DNA from: an uncultured Gammaproteobacteria bacterium
GTDB taxonomy: Bacteria; Patescibacteriota; Microgenomatia; Levybacterales; GWA1-39-11
Direction: 5' to 3'
Assembly: GCA_964365755.1 (NCBI GenBank)
Contig: CAYIRD010000001.1
Location: 3,781 to 27,780, forward strand
DNA length: 24,000 bases
The translations under genes were made by a program, and so were the position numbers. Each line of letters opens with the position of its first letter. The first letter of the stretch is position 1. A model generated the notes under the pieces. That model was given only the letters and a program-made list of their open reading frames with translations. It had not been told where the DNA came from and did no database searches. Shown here in pieces: positions 13,667 through 21,605 of the stretch.

Positions 13667-13738
13667 ATGTTGAGGAGTTTGAAGCTAAATCGGGGCTTTG
13701 CCTATAAAATCCCAGCCTTCCTAAGACAGAAGAATTAA
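13667..13738 (+). CDS. Candidate 23-aa micro-protein [23 protein letters not shown] ending in the FtsZ C-terminal peptide
   Basis: I translated it by hand. An in-frame stop lies at 13658-13660. The last 9 codons plus stop (13709-13738) encode IPAFLRQKN*, as do the last 9 codons of ftsZ (11969-11998). Identity is 24/30 nt, and all 6 differences are synonymous. The micro-ORF is too short for the supplied ORF track. Confidence 0.35.
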   Translation: MLRSLKLNRGFAYKIPAFLRQKN

Positions 13739-13824
13739 TATTCGAACCAAAACCTTAATTTCAGAGACCACATATTACTATCAAAATGAGCTTTTAGCAA
13801 GAGGGGCAAGGAGGTAGTTGACAA

Positions 13825-13878
13825 ATGAATAATTTTACTATACAAATAATATATAAGGCAATTGAGCGCACCAAATAG
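13825..13878 (+). CDS. Candidate 17-codon upstream ORF (MNNFTIQIIYKAIERTK) ahead of the RND operon
   Basis: It has the strongest Shine-Dalgarno in this intergenic region: AAGGAGG at 13808-13814, 10 nt before the ATG at 13825. Its stop codon (13876-13878) lies in the loop of the 13869-13890 hairpin, just after the 5' arm. Confidence 0.3.
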   Translation: MNNFTIQIIYKAIERTK

Positions 13879-13903
13879 AAGTGCTTGGTGATAATTGTTT
13901 TTT
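13869..13903 (+). promoter_or_regulatory. Hairpin CACCAA-N10-TTGGTG followed by a T6 tract; possible attenuator or operator
   Basis: 6-bp arms at 13869-13874 and 13885-13890. An alternative GCAC/GTGC pairing shares the same nucleotides. TTTTTT at 13898-13903 lies 7 nt after the stem and 31 nt before the operon ATG. Confidence 0.25.
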
Positions 13904-13934
13904 ATCATACAAGCTCATTCCTGTCCTGTAAATA

Positions 13935-14387
13935 ATGATGCGCAATCAATTGGCTGTCCTGATATTAATAGCTTCTGTAGTTCTCCTAGTTCTACTAGAT
14001 AGAGGCACAAAGGTATCAGATAATTCGGTTAAAACCGAACCCGCCAAAGTCGAACCTATTCAAGGGACTGACTTCAAACAAGTAACGTTGACTGCAAAAG
14101 CCGCAGAGCGGCTCGGGATTAAAACAGTTCCGGTTCGTGAAGAAATATCAGCCAGAACGGACACTCTAAAGCTTGTTGTTCCTTACGATTCAATAATCTA
14201 CGGTCTAAACGGCGAAACATGGGTATACATAAACCCTAAATCTCTTGTTTTCGTTCGGTCTCCGATAAGTATCGACTACATAGTAGGAGATTTTGCGATT
14301 CTCTCTGAGGGCCCAACTTCTGGTACAAAGGTCGTAACAGTCGGAGTAGCACAGCTGTATGGTATAGATACAGGAATTGGGAAATAA
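13935..14387 (+). CDS. Small membrane-anchored periplasmic adaptor-like protein (150 aa), probable minimal membrane-fusion partner of the RND pumps
   Basis: It has an N-terminal TM helix 'LAVLILIASVVLLVLL'. 'AERLGIKTVPV' and the C-terminal 'VGDFAILSEGPTSGTKVVTVGVAQLYG' resemble the ends of HlyD/CusB-type adaptors. The long alpha-hairpin is absent. The gene sits directly upstream of the RND genes. Confidence 0.5.
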   Translation: MMRNQLAVLILIASVVLLVLLDRGTKVSDNSVKTEPAKVEPIQGTDFKQVTLTAKAAERLGIKTVPVREEISARTDTLKLVVPYDSIIYGLNGETWVYINPKSLVFVRSPISIDYIVGDFAILSEGPTSGTKVVTVGVAQLYGIDTGIGK

Positions 14388-14408
14388 CAAAAGAAGATTT
14401 TCTGCCCT

Positions 14409-17400
14409 ATGCAATGGATTATTAGATCGAGCTTAAGACTTCAATTTATCTTACTTATTCTTGCTGCAGCTCTTGTGGTTTTTGGTATCCGGGAACTTCG
14501 GACTATGCCCATTGATGTCTACCCTGAGTTTAATCCGCCGATGGTGAACGTTCAGACTGAAGCCCTCGGGCTTTCCGCAGCGGAAGTGGAAGCTCTTGTT
14601 ACTGTTCCACTCGAGGCAGATCTTCTTAATGGTGTAGCATGGGTTGATCAAATTTACTCTGAGTCGGTCACTGGTCTATCGTCAATTCACCTCATCTTCA
14701 AACCCGGGACAGATCCTATTCGGGCACGTCAAATGGTGCAGGAGCGTCTGACGCAGACGTATGCTTTGCCAAATGTCTCAAAACCTCCCACGATGCTCCC
14801 GCCCCTATCGACCACGAGCCGCGTCATGATGGTTGGACTTTCCTCGGATAAACTTTCCCTTATTGAAATAGGAGTATTGGCCCGCTGGAATATTACGCCC
14901 CGCCTGATGGGGGTGCCTGGAGTTGCTAATGTGGCTATTTGGGGACAGAGAGAGCGGCAATTGCAGGTACAAGTGGATCCGGAGAAATTATATGCTCAGG
15001 GCGTTACCCTTTCACAAGTTATCAAAACAACAGGAGAAGCCTTGTGGTTTTCGCCATTAAGCTTTCTAGAATCATCGTCGCCCGGAACAGCCGGGTGGAT
15101 TGACACTCCCAATCAAAGGCTTGGTATCCAACACGAGCTGCCCATCTCTGAGCCTTCGGATCTGGCACAGGTGGTTCTCGCGGACAACACGGAGTTAAGA
15201 CTCGGTGATGTCGCAAAGGTGGTGGAAGATCATCAGCCGCTCATTGGGGAAGCTATCTTGAAGCGCGGTCCAGGACTTTTGCTCGTCATTGAAAAATTTC
15301 CTGGGGCAAACATAAAAGAAGTTACACGTAGGGTAGAGGAAGCACTTGTTGCCATGCGGCCCGGTCTTACCGGTATAGATATTGATACTACTATTTTCCG
15401 TCCTGCTACCTACATCGAGAAGGCAACTCACAATCTCACCCTGATGTTGCTTGTTGGCACTATGCTTGCGATTTTGGTTTTTTATTTTTTTTTCTTTGAG
15501 TGGCGTATAGCACTCATCAGCGCGGCTTCGATGCTTTTATCATTACTAACAGCAGGGTTCGTGCTTTATCTTCGCGGGACAACTTTCAATACGATGACTC
15601 TTTTGGGATTCATTATCGCAATCGGCGTTGTCATGGACGATGCCGTTATCGGCGTAGAAAATATCTATCGGCGTTTTCATCAGAATGGTAAAAAGAAGCG
15701 TAGCCAGATGTTTGTTACTTCGGTTATTTTAGAAGCGACTAGTGAGTTGCAAGGACCATTAGTTTTCACAACGCTGATGATTCTTCTCACAGTGTCACCA
15801 GTATTTTTTATGCAAGGAGAGTCTGGTGCATTTTTTCAACCATTTGCCACATCTTTTGTGTTGGCAGTCTTGAGCTCTACGATAATTGCTCTTATCTTAA
15901 CCCCAGTATTAAGCCTGACTTTTTCAAGAGCTTTCCTCAAGCGGCACGAATCACCTCTTGTGAGTTGGTTGAACCTAAGCCTGAGGAGACTTCTTGTGCC
16001 GGCTTTTAAGGTGCCGAAACAAACATACATCATAGTCGTTGTCGCCGTTTTTGTAGGTTTGTCAGTTTTACCAACTCTTAGTGTTTCACTCGTTCCAAAG
16101 TTTAGGCAGACAGATCTATTGATCAAATGGGAGGGCCCACCTGGCACATCCCGTCTTGAAATGAGCCGGATTATAAACCAGGCAAGTCAAGAGTTACGGG
16201 AAGTTACTGGTGTCACAAACGTCGGTGCTCATCTCGGGCGAGCCATCACTGGGGATAAAGTTGCCGGAATCAATTCCGCTGATCTTTGGATCAGTCTTGA
16301 TTCTCAAGCTGACCTAGACATAGCAACAAAAAACATTCAGGAAGTAATTGACGGTTACCCCGGGCTTTTTCATCAGGTCCAGACGTACCAACCAAAAAGA
16401 ACGCGAGAAGCACTCACGGATGAAAATGAAACCCTAAGCGTTCGGATTTATGGTCATGATTTGAAAGTTCTTGAAAGACTTGGGAAGGAAGTTAGGAAGG
16501 CAATTTCAGGGATCGACGGTGTAGTTGCCACTGCGGAAGAACCACAAGTCGAGGAACCGCAGGTGCAAATCAAAGTGGATCTTAAGAGAGCTCAAGCTTA
16601 TGGGCTCAAACCAGGCGATATACGTCGACAAGCAACCACATTACTGTCAGGCATCCAAGTCGGCAGTCTTTATGAAGACCAAAAAGTATTTGAAGTAGTG
16701 GTATGGGGCGAACCTGAAATCCGTAATAGCCTTACCGATATTCGTGATCTAATGATTGAAACACCCGCTTTCGCACAAGTGCCTTTGGAGGAGTTGGCAG
16801 AAGTTAGTATCGCGCCTGCTCCAATTATCATTAAACGCGACAGTGTTTCCCGTTTTCTTGATGTTGAAGCTCGTGTGCCTGGTCGTGATCTTGTTTCGGT
16901 CGCGGCTGATATAAGAAGTAAACTCAAGTCAGTCGAATTTCCTCTTGAATACCATATGGAGGTTCTCGGTGCATCTATTGAGAAACAAGCGTCGCGCGCG
17001 CGTATGTTGGTAGTTATCGTTACCGCGGCAGTCGGGATTTTTCTTCTCATGCAGGCAGCCTTTGGTAGCTGGCGTTTGGCAATAGTATCTCTTCTGAGTT
17101 TACCTATGGCGCTTGTGGGGGGTGTTTTGGCAGCTTTTCTAACCGGTGGTATTCTATCGCTCGGTTCACTAGTTGGATTTCTTACAATACTTGGAATTGC
17201 AGTAAGAAACAGTATCTTACTCATCAGTCACTACCAGCATCTTGAGAGACTTGAAGGCCAAACCTTTGGTCCCAAACTCATCCTGCGTGGTACTCGCGAA
17301 CGACTAGCACCAATTCTTGCGACTGCACTCGCATTAGGGCTTTTTCTTCTTCCAGCAGTACTATTTGGTAATATTACTGGGGTTGAGATAGTGCAACCGG

Positions 17401-17501
17401 CGGCAATTGTCATTTTTGGTGGGCTTATCACCTCGACTTACCTCACCCTCCTCGTTTTACCGGTCTTATACTTACGTTTTGGAAAAATCCACCATGGATG
17501 A
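14409..17501 (+). CDS. RND-superfamily efflux permease, paralogue 1 (1030 aa)
   Basis: The size and 12-TM layout fit an RND permease. The N-terminus 'IRSSLRLQFILLIL...PIDVYPEFNPPMVNVQTEALGLSAAEVEALVTVPLE' is typical. The TM4 'AIGVVMDDAVIGVEN' carries the Asp-Asp proton-relay pair, and 'GFLTILGIAVRNSILLISHY' is also present. Confidence 0.9.
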   Translation: MQWIIRSSLRLQFILLILAAALVVFGIRELRTMPIDVYPEFNPPMVNVQTEALGLSAAEVEALVTVPLEADLLNGVAWVDQIYSESVTGLSSIHLIFKPGTDPIRARQMVQERLTQTYALPNVSKPPTMLPPLSTTSRVMMVGLSSDKLSLIEIGVLARWNITPRLMGVPGVANVAIWGQRERQLQVQVDPEKLYAQGVTLSQVIKTTGEALWFSPLSFLESSSPGTAGWIDTPNQRLGIQHELPISEPSDLAQVVLADNTELRLGDVAKVVEDHQPLIGEAILKRGPGLLLVIEKFPGANIKEVTRRVEEALVAMRPGLTGIDIDTTIFRPATYIEKATHNLTLMLLVGTMLAILVFYFFFFEWRIALISAASMLLSLLTAGFVLYLRGTTFNTMTLLGFIIAIGVVMDDAVIGVENIYRRFHQNGKKKRSQMFVTSVILEATSELQGPLVFTTLMILLTVSPVFFMQGESGAFFQPFATSFVLAVLSSTIIALILTPVLSLTFSRAFLKRHESPLVSWLNLSLRRLLVPAFKVPKQTYIIVVVAVFVGLSVLPTLSVSLVPKFRQTDLLIKWEGPPGTSRLEMSRIINQASQELREVTGVTNVGAHLGRAITGDKVAGINSADLWISLDSQADLDIATKNIQEVIDGYPGLFHQVQTYQPKRTREALTDENETLSVRIYGHDLKVLERLGKEVRKAISGIDGVVATAEEPQVEEPQVQIKVDLKRAQAYGLKPGDIRRQATTLLSGIQVGSLYEDQKVFEVVVWGEPEIRNSLTDIRDLMIETPAFAQVPLEELAEVSIAPAPIIIKRDSVSRFLDVEARVPGRDLVSVAADIRSKLKSVEFPLEYHMEVLGASIEKQASRARMLVVIVTAAVGIFLLMQAAFGSWRLAIVSLLSLPMALVGGVLAAFLTGGILSLGSLVGFLTILGIAVRNSILLISHYQHLERLEGQTFGPKLILRGTRERLAPILATALALGLFLLPAVLFGNITGVEIVQPAAIVIFGGLITSTYLTLLVLPVLYLRFGKIHHG

Positions 17502-20500
17502 GATGCGGTTAATCATTGCTTCGAGTTTACGATTTCGCTATTTGGTGGTCTTTGTAGCCCTCGTGCTGATGGTTTTTGGCATCATCCAAATCCGCACCAT
17601 GCAAGTTGATGTCTTTCCGGAATTTGCCCCCCCTCGGGTAGAAGTTCAGACTCCAAGTTTAGGACTCTCATCAGCTGAAGTTGAAGCACTCGTTACTGTT
17701 CCTTTAGAACAGAATTTGAACGGGCTACCAGGGCTTGATATTATGCGCTCAAAGTCTGTTGAGCAATTGTCATCAATCGTTCTTATATTCAAGCCGGGGA
17801 CAGACCTGATGAAAGCACGCCAGCTGGTAGCAGAACGGTTGGCAATCGCAACGTCCACGCTACCGAGTTGGGCCGCGCCACCTTCTATGCTGCCGCCTTT
17901 ATCATCCACTGCGCGCACCATGAAAATCGGAATTTCATCAAAAGAGCGGTCCACGACAGAACTATCTATGATTACCTATTGGACAATTAAGCAGCGGATA
18001 CTGAGAGTTCCTGGTGTTGCCAATGTTGCTATTTGGGGCGAGCGTATCCAAGCACCACAGGTGCAAGTCGAGCCGATACGACTCGCAGCGCAGGGTGTTA
18101 CAGTAGATGATGTTTTACAGGTTACCTCAGATACTCTGGATTCGGGGTTAATACAGTATTCAGAGGGATCGAAAATCGGTACCGGGGGATTCCTTGAGAC
18201 CCCCAATCAAAGGTTCCCGATCCAGTATATCCAGCCCATCAAAGATTCTCGAGAACTCGCGCTGCTTCCAATCAATGAAAAGAAAAAAAGCGATGGGAGC
18301 CAACTTTTGCTGAGCGATGTAGCTGAGTTGACTGAGGGTACCTGGCCAATGATAGGGGACGCAGTCGTAAACGACGGAGAAGGACTTCTTCTTATCGTTG
18401 AAAAATTTCCCTGGGGTAATACTCTTGAAGTCACACGTGGGGTAGAGGAAGCGATCAACGAGATGCGCCCAGGTCTTGCTGGCATTGATATTGATACTAC
18501 TATTTTCCGGCCGGCAACCTTTATCGAATCAGCAATCGATAATCTCATCAGTTCACTTATTCTCGGAGCCGTGTTGGTAGTTCTGGTTCTCATACTCTTT
18601 CTTTGGAATTTGCGGGTCGCAGTTGTCAGCGCCACAATCATACCGTTGACAATGGTAATAACTCTTTTGGTGCTTTCCCTTTTTGGAACGACCATCAACG
18701 TGATGGTGCTTGCTGGTTTGGTTGTTGCCATTGGGGCAGTTGTGGATGATGCGATCGTTGATGTTGAAAACATCGTGAGGAGGCTTCGTCAGTATCGAAA
18801 GCAGGGTAGTAAGAAATCAGCGGCGAATATTGTACTTGAGGCTTCACTCGAGGTACGCAACCCCATTATCTATGCCTCGCTGATTGAGATGACGGCTTTA
18901 TTGCCGGTGTTTTTTATGCAAGGGCTATCAGGCGCATTTTTTCAACCATTTGCCCAGGCTTATGTGGTGGCAGCGCTAGTGTCCCCGCTGGTCGCGCTCA
19001 CCGTAACACCGGCACTTGTTCTGATCTTATTCTCAAGTGTCTCACCAAGCACTCGTGTGTCTCCCATCCTGCCGTGGTTACACCGCAGATACGAGAGATT
19101 CCTTGATTCGCTCCTTAAAACCCCGCGCCCTGCGTACATCGTTTCAGGTATCCTTCTAATAGCGGGTCTTGCCATATTGCCATTTCTTGGACAGGAACTA
19201 CTGCCATCATTTAAGGAACGGGATTTTTTAATGCACTGGGTAGCCAAGCCCGGCACATCTCATCCTGAAATGGTGCGTATTTCAACCCGTGCCTGTCGGG
19301 AGCTGCGTTCCATTGAAGGTGTTCGCAATTGTGGATCGCATATCGGGCAAGCCCTTTTGATGGATGAAGTGTATGGTATTTATTTTGGAGAAAATTGGAT
19401 CAGTGTCGATCCCGCTGTCTCTTATGATAAGACGCTTTCAAAAGTTCAGGCTTTGGTCGACGGCTACCCGGGACTCTATCGGGACGTGCAGACCTATTTA
19501 AAAGAGAGAATCAGAGAGGTACTGACCGGATCGAGCTATCCCATAATCGTTCGAATTTATGGACAGGATCTTGAAATCCTTCGCCTAAAGGCGGCTGAGG
19601 TAGAAGAGAAACTTGCAAAGATTGAAGGTCTTGTAGATGTTCATACGGAGCTTCTTACTGACATACCCCAAATAGAGATCGAGACGGATCTTTCCCGCGC
19701 CGCCGCCTATGGACTCAAACCAGGCGATATCCGGCGGGCCGCGGCTTATTTAATAGCCGGCGAGGAAGCGGGGGATCTTCACTCAGCTAACCGTACATAT
19801 GATGTGAATGTCTGGAGTACGCCGGCAACGCGTCATAGTTTGACGAGTATACAGGAACTTCCAATTGATATTCCCTCCGGCGGTCAAGTGTCGATGAAGG
19901 ATGTGGCGGATATACGTATTGAGCCGGTTCCCAATGCTATAAATCATGAAAATCTCGCGCGTCGCATCAACGTCGAAGCCAACGTTGCGGGTCGCGATAT
20001 CGCAAGTGTCGGAGACGAAGTTGAAGATGTTCTTCGTGAAGTTAATTTCCCTCGTGGGTATCATCCAGAATTACTCGGCGAATACGTGGAGCGTGAGAGC
20101 GCTAGTCAGCGCATCTTCATTGCAGGGCTTTTTGCGGTTGTCGTCATTTTCTTTATTCTGCGAGTTTCACTGGGTAGCTGGGTTCTTTCGATAATGTCTC
20201 TTCTGAGTCTACCTATGGCTTTGACTGGGGGTGTTTTAGCAGCTTTTATGGCAGGTGGTATTCTATCGCTCGGATCACTAGTTGGATTTCTTACAATACT
20301 TGGAATTGCAGTAAGAAACAGTATATTGCTTATTAGTCACTACCAGCATCTTGAAAAACATGAAAATGAGACCTTTGGTCCCAAGCTCATCCTGCGCGGT
20401 ACCCGTGAACGGTTGGCGCCAATCCTTATGACTGCGCTTACAACGGGACTCGCTCTCGTACCCTTAGTTATTGCCGGTAATATACCCGGACATGAAATAG

Positions 20501-20610
20501 AGCATCCCATGGCCATCGTCATTATTGGCGGACTCGTGACTTCCACCTTGCTCAATTTATTCGTTGTACCCTCACTTTATTTGCGCTTTGGATCACGTAA
20601 TAATATATAG
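17494..20610 (+). CDS. RND-superfamily efflux permease, paralogue 2 (1038 aa from the ATG at 17494)
   Basis: 'MDEMRLIIASSLRFRYLVV...VDVFPEFAPPRVEVQTPSLGLSSAEVEALVTVPLE' and 'AIGAVVDDAIVDVEN'. The ATG at 17494 overlaps the upstream stop (ATGGATGA). The listed 17407 start would add 29 aa that lie inside paralogue 1. Confidence 0.9.
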   Translation: MDEMRLIIASSLRFRYLVVFVALVLMVFGIIQIRTMQVDVFPEFAPPRVEVQTPSLGLSSAEVEALVTVPLEQNLNGLPGLDIMRSKSVEQLSSIVLIFKPGTDLMKARQLVAERLAIATSTLPSWAAPPSMLPPLSSTARTMKIGISSKERSTTELSMITYWTIKQRILRVPGVANVAIWGERIQAPQVQVEPIRLAAQGVTVDDVLQVTSDTLDSGLIQYSEGSKIGTGGFLETPNQRFPIQYIQPIKDSRELALLPINEKKKSDGSQLLLSDVAELTEGTWPMIGDAVVNDGEGLLLIVEKFPWGNTLEVTRGVEEAINEMRPGLAGIDIDTTIFRPATFIESAIDNLISSLILGAVLVVLVLILFLWNLRVAVVSATIIPLTMVITLLVLSLFGTTINVMVLAGLVVAIGAVVDDAIVDVENIVRRLRQYRKQGSKKSAANIVLEASLEVRNPIIYASLIEMTALLPVFFMQGLSGAFFQPFAQAYVVAALVSPLVALTVTPALVLILFSSVSPSTRVSPILPWLHRRYERFLDSLLKTPRPAYIVSGILLIAGLAILPFLGQELLPSFKERDFLMHWVAKPGTSHPEMVRISTRACRELRSIEGVRNCGSHIGQALLMDEVYGIYFGENWISVDPAVSYDKTLSKVQALVDGYPGLYRDVQTYLKERIREVLTGSSYPIIVRIYGQDLEILRLKAAEVEEKLAKIEGLVDVHTELLTDIPQIEIETDLSRAAAYGLKPGDIRRAAAYLIAGEEAGDLHSANRTYDVNVWSTPATRHSLTSIQELPIDIPSGGQVSMKDVADIRIEPVPNAINHENLARRINVEANVAGRDIASVGDEVEDVLREVNFPRGYHPELLGEYVERESASQRIFIAGLFAVVVIFFILRVSLGSWVLSIMSLLSLPMALTGGVLAAFMAGGILSLGSLVGFLTILGIAVRNSILLISHYQHLEKHENETFGPKLILRGTRERLAPILMTALTTGLALVPLVIAGNIPGHEIEHPMAIVIIGGLVTSTLLNLFVVPSLYLRFGSRNNI

Positions 20611-20621
20611 AGGTAAAGATA

Positions 20622-20650
20622 TTGAAAACAGCGTGTCTAGTATGTATAAT
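20622..20650 (+). promoter_or_regulatory. Promoter TTGAAA-17 nt-TATAAT
   Basis: -35 at 20622-20627 and consensus -10 at 20645-20650, 26 nt before the ATG at 20677. Confidence 0.55.
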
Positions 20651-20676
20651 GCAAAAGCTTAACAAATCAACCTAAA

Positions 20677-21567
20677 ATGAAAAACAAAAAACTGTGGATA
20701 TTCTTTACACTGATTATTGCCCTCGGTATCTTCGTTTCGAAATCATTCCTAGGTTGGAGTGGGGAGACTTCCGAATCGGATAACAGTAATAAAGCTGCTC
20801 CGAAATTTGAGAATTTTGACCCAAAAAATTTTGACGAGAAGTCTACCAATGTAAACAATAAATGGATGCCTCTTGTGCCCGGTACTCTCTTTGTATATAA
20901 AGGGACAACTGTGGAGGACGATGGAAAGATCGTGCCTCATCGCATAGAGGTTAACGTCACAGATTTAACCAAGGAGATAGGCGGCGTGCGTTCCGTGATT
21001 ACCTGGGATCTTGATTATAGTGACAACAAACTTGTCGAGGCGGAGCTTGCCTTCTACGCACAAGATAAAGACGGTAATGTCTGGCGCATGGGAGAATATC
21101 CGGAGGAATACTCCGATGGGGAGTTTGATAAAGCTTCACCCTGGATGCATGGGATTAAGGGTGCAAGAGCGGGAATCATGATGCAAGCCACGCCAAAAGT
21201 CGGGACCCCGAGCTATTCTCAGGGATGGGGCCCAGAGGTCGACTGGACAGATCGTGGACAGGTAGACAAGATGGACGAAAAATTTTGTGTTCCCGTTGCA
21301 TGCTATCAGAATGTTTTGGTGATTGCCGAGACCAGTGCATCGGAGCCGGACGCGGTGCAGCTTAAATATTACGCCCCGGATGTAGGAAATGTCAAGGTTG
21401 GGTGGCGCGGAAAAGGTGAAAAATCAAAGGAGATTCTGGAACTAGATAAGCAAGAGATGCGAAGTCAAGATTCCCTGGAAAGTGTCCGGGAGGAGGCGCT
21501 GAAATTGGAAAACCACGCTTACGAAGTTAGCCGTGATGTATACGGCCTCACCAAAAAGGCGAAATAG
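20677..21567 (+). CDS. Secreted or membrane-anchored hypothetical protein (296 aa)
   Basis: It has an N-terminal signal/anchor 'KKLWIFFTLIIALGIFVSKSF' followed by a Ser/Asn/Asp-rich linker and then a globular region. I recognise no family. Confidence 0.7.
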   Translation: MKNKKLWIFFTLIIALGIFVSKSFLGWSGETSESDNSNKAAPKFENFDPKNFDEKSTNVNNKWMPLVPGTLFVYKGTTVEDDGKIVPHRIEVNVTDLTKEIGGVRSVITWDLDYSDNKLVEAELAFYAQDKDGNVWRMGEYPEEYSDGEFDKASPWMHGIKGARAGIMMQATPKVGTPSYSQGWGPEVDWTDRGQVDKMDEKFCVPVACYQNVLVIAETSASEPDAVQLKYYAPDVGNVKVGWRGKGEKSKEILELDKQEMRSQDSLESVREEALKLENHAYEVSRDVYGLTKKAK

Positions 21568-21605
21568 GTTTAAATTTTTCATGATCCTGCCCGCATTGCA
21601 TTGTA

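Noticed and set aside
16670-17224. 184-aa minus-strand ORF inside RND paralogue 1
   Set aside because: It lies entirely antisense to a well-supported RND gene in the higher-GC segment. Its Arg/Ser/Pro/Thr-rich, low-complexity translation is typical of a shadow frame. It has no start context or motifs.
17407-17493. Upstream extension of RND paralogue 2 to the listed start at 17407
   Set aside because: The extra 29 aa ('MSFLVGLSPRLTSPSS...') overlap the conserved C-terminus of paralogue 1 in another frame. The family-typical N-terminus begins at the ATG at 17494, which forms an ATGGATGA stop/start overlap.
18207-18773. 188-aa minus-strand ORF inside RND paralogue 2, plus 17646-17954, 17976-18206, 18960-19256, 19783-20064 and 20340-20555
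   Set aside because: These are antisense shadow ORFs of the RND coding frame, with compositionally biased translations and no independent signals.
14409-20610. Heavy-metal (CzcA/CusA-type) assignment for the RND pumps
   Set aside because: TM4 carries the 'DDA(V/I)' Asp-Asp pair typical of multidrug/HAE-type RND pumps. It does not carry the HME-type motif as I remember it. Substrate class cannot be assigned from sequence alone.
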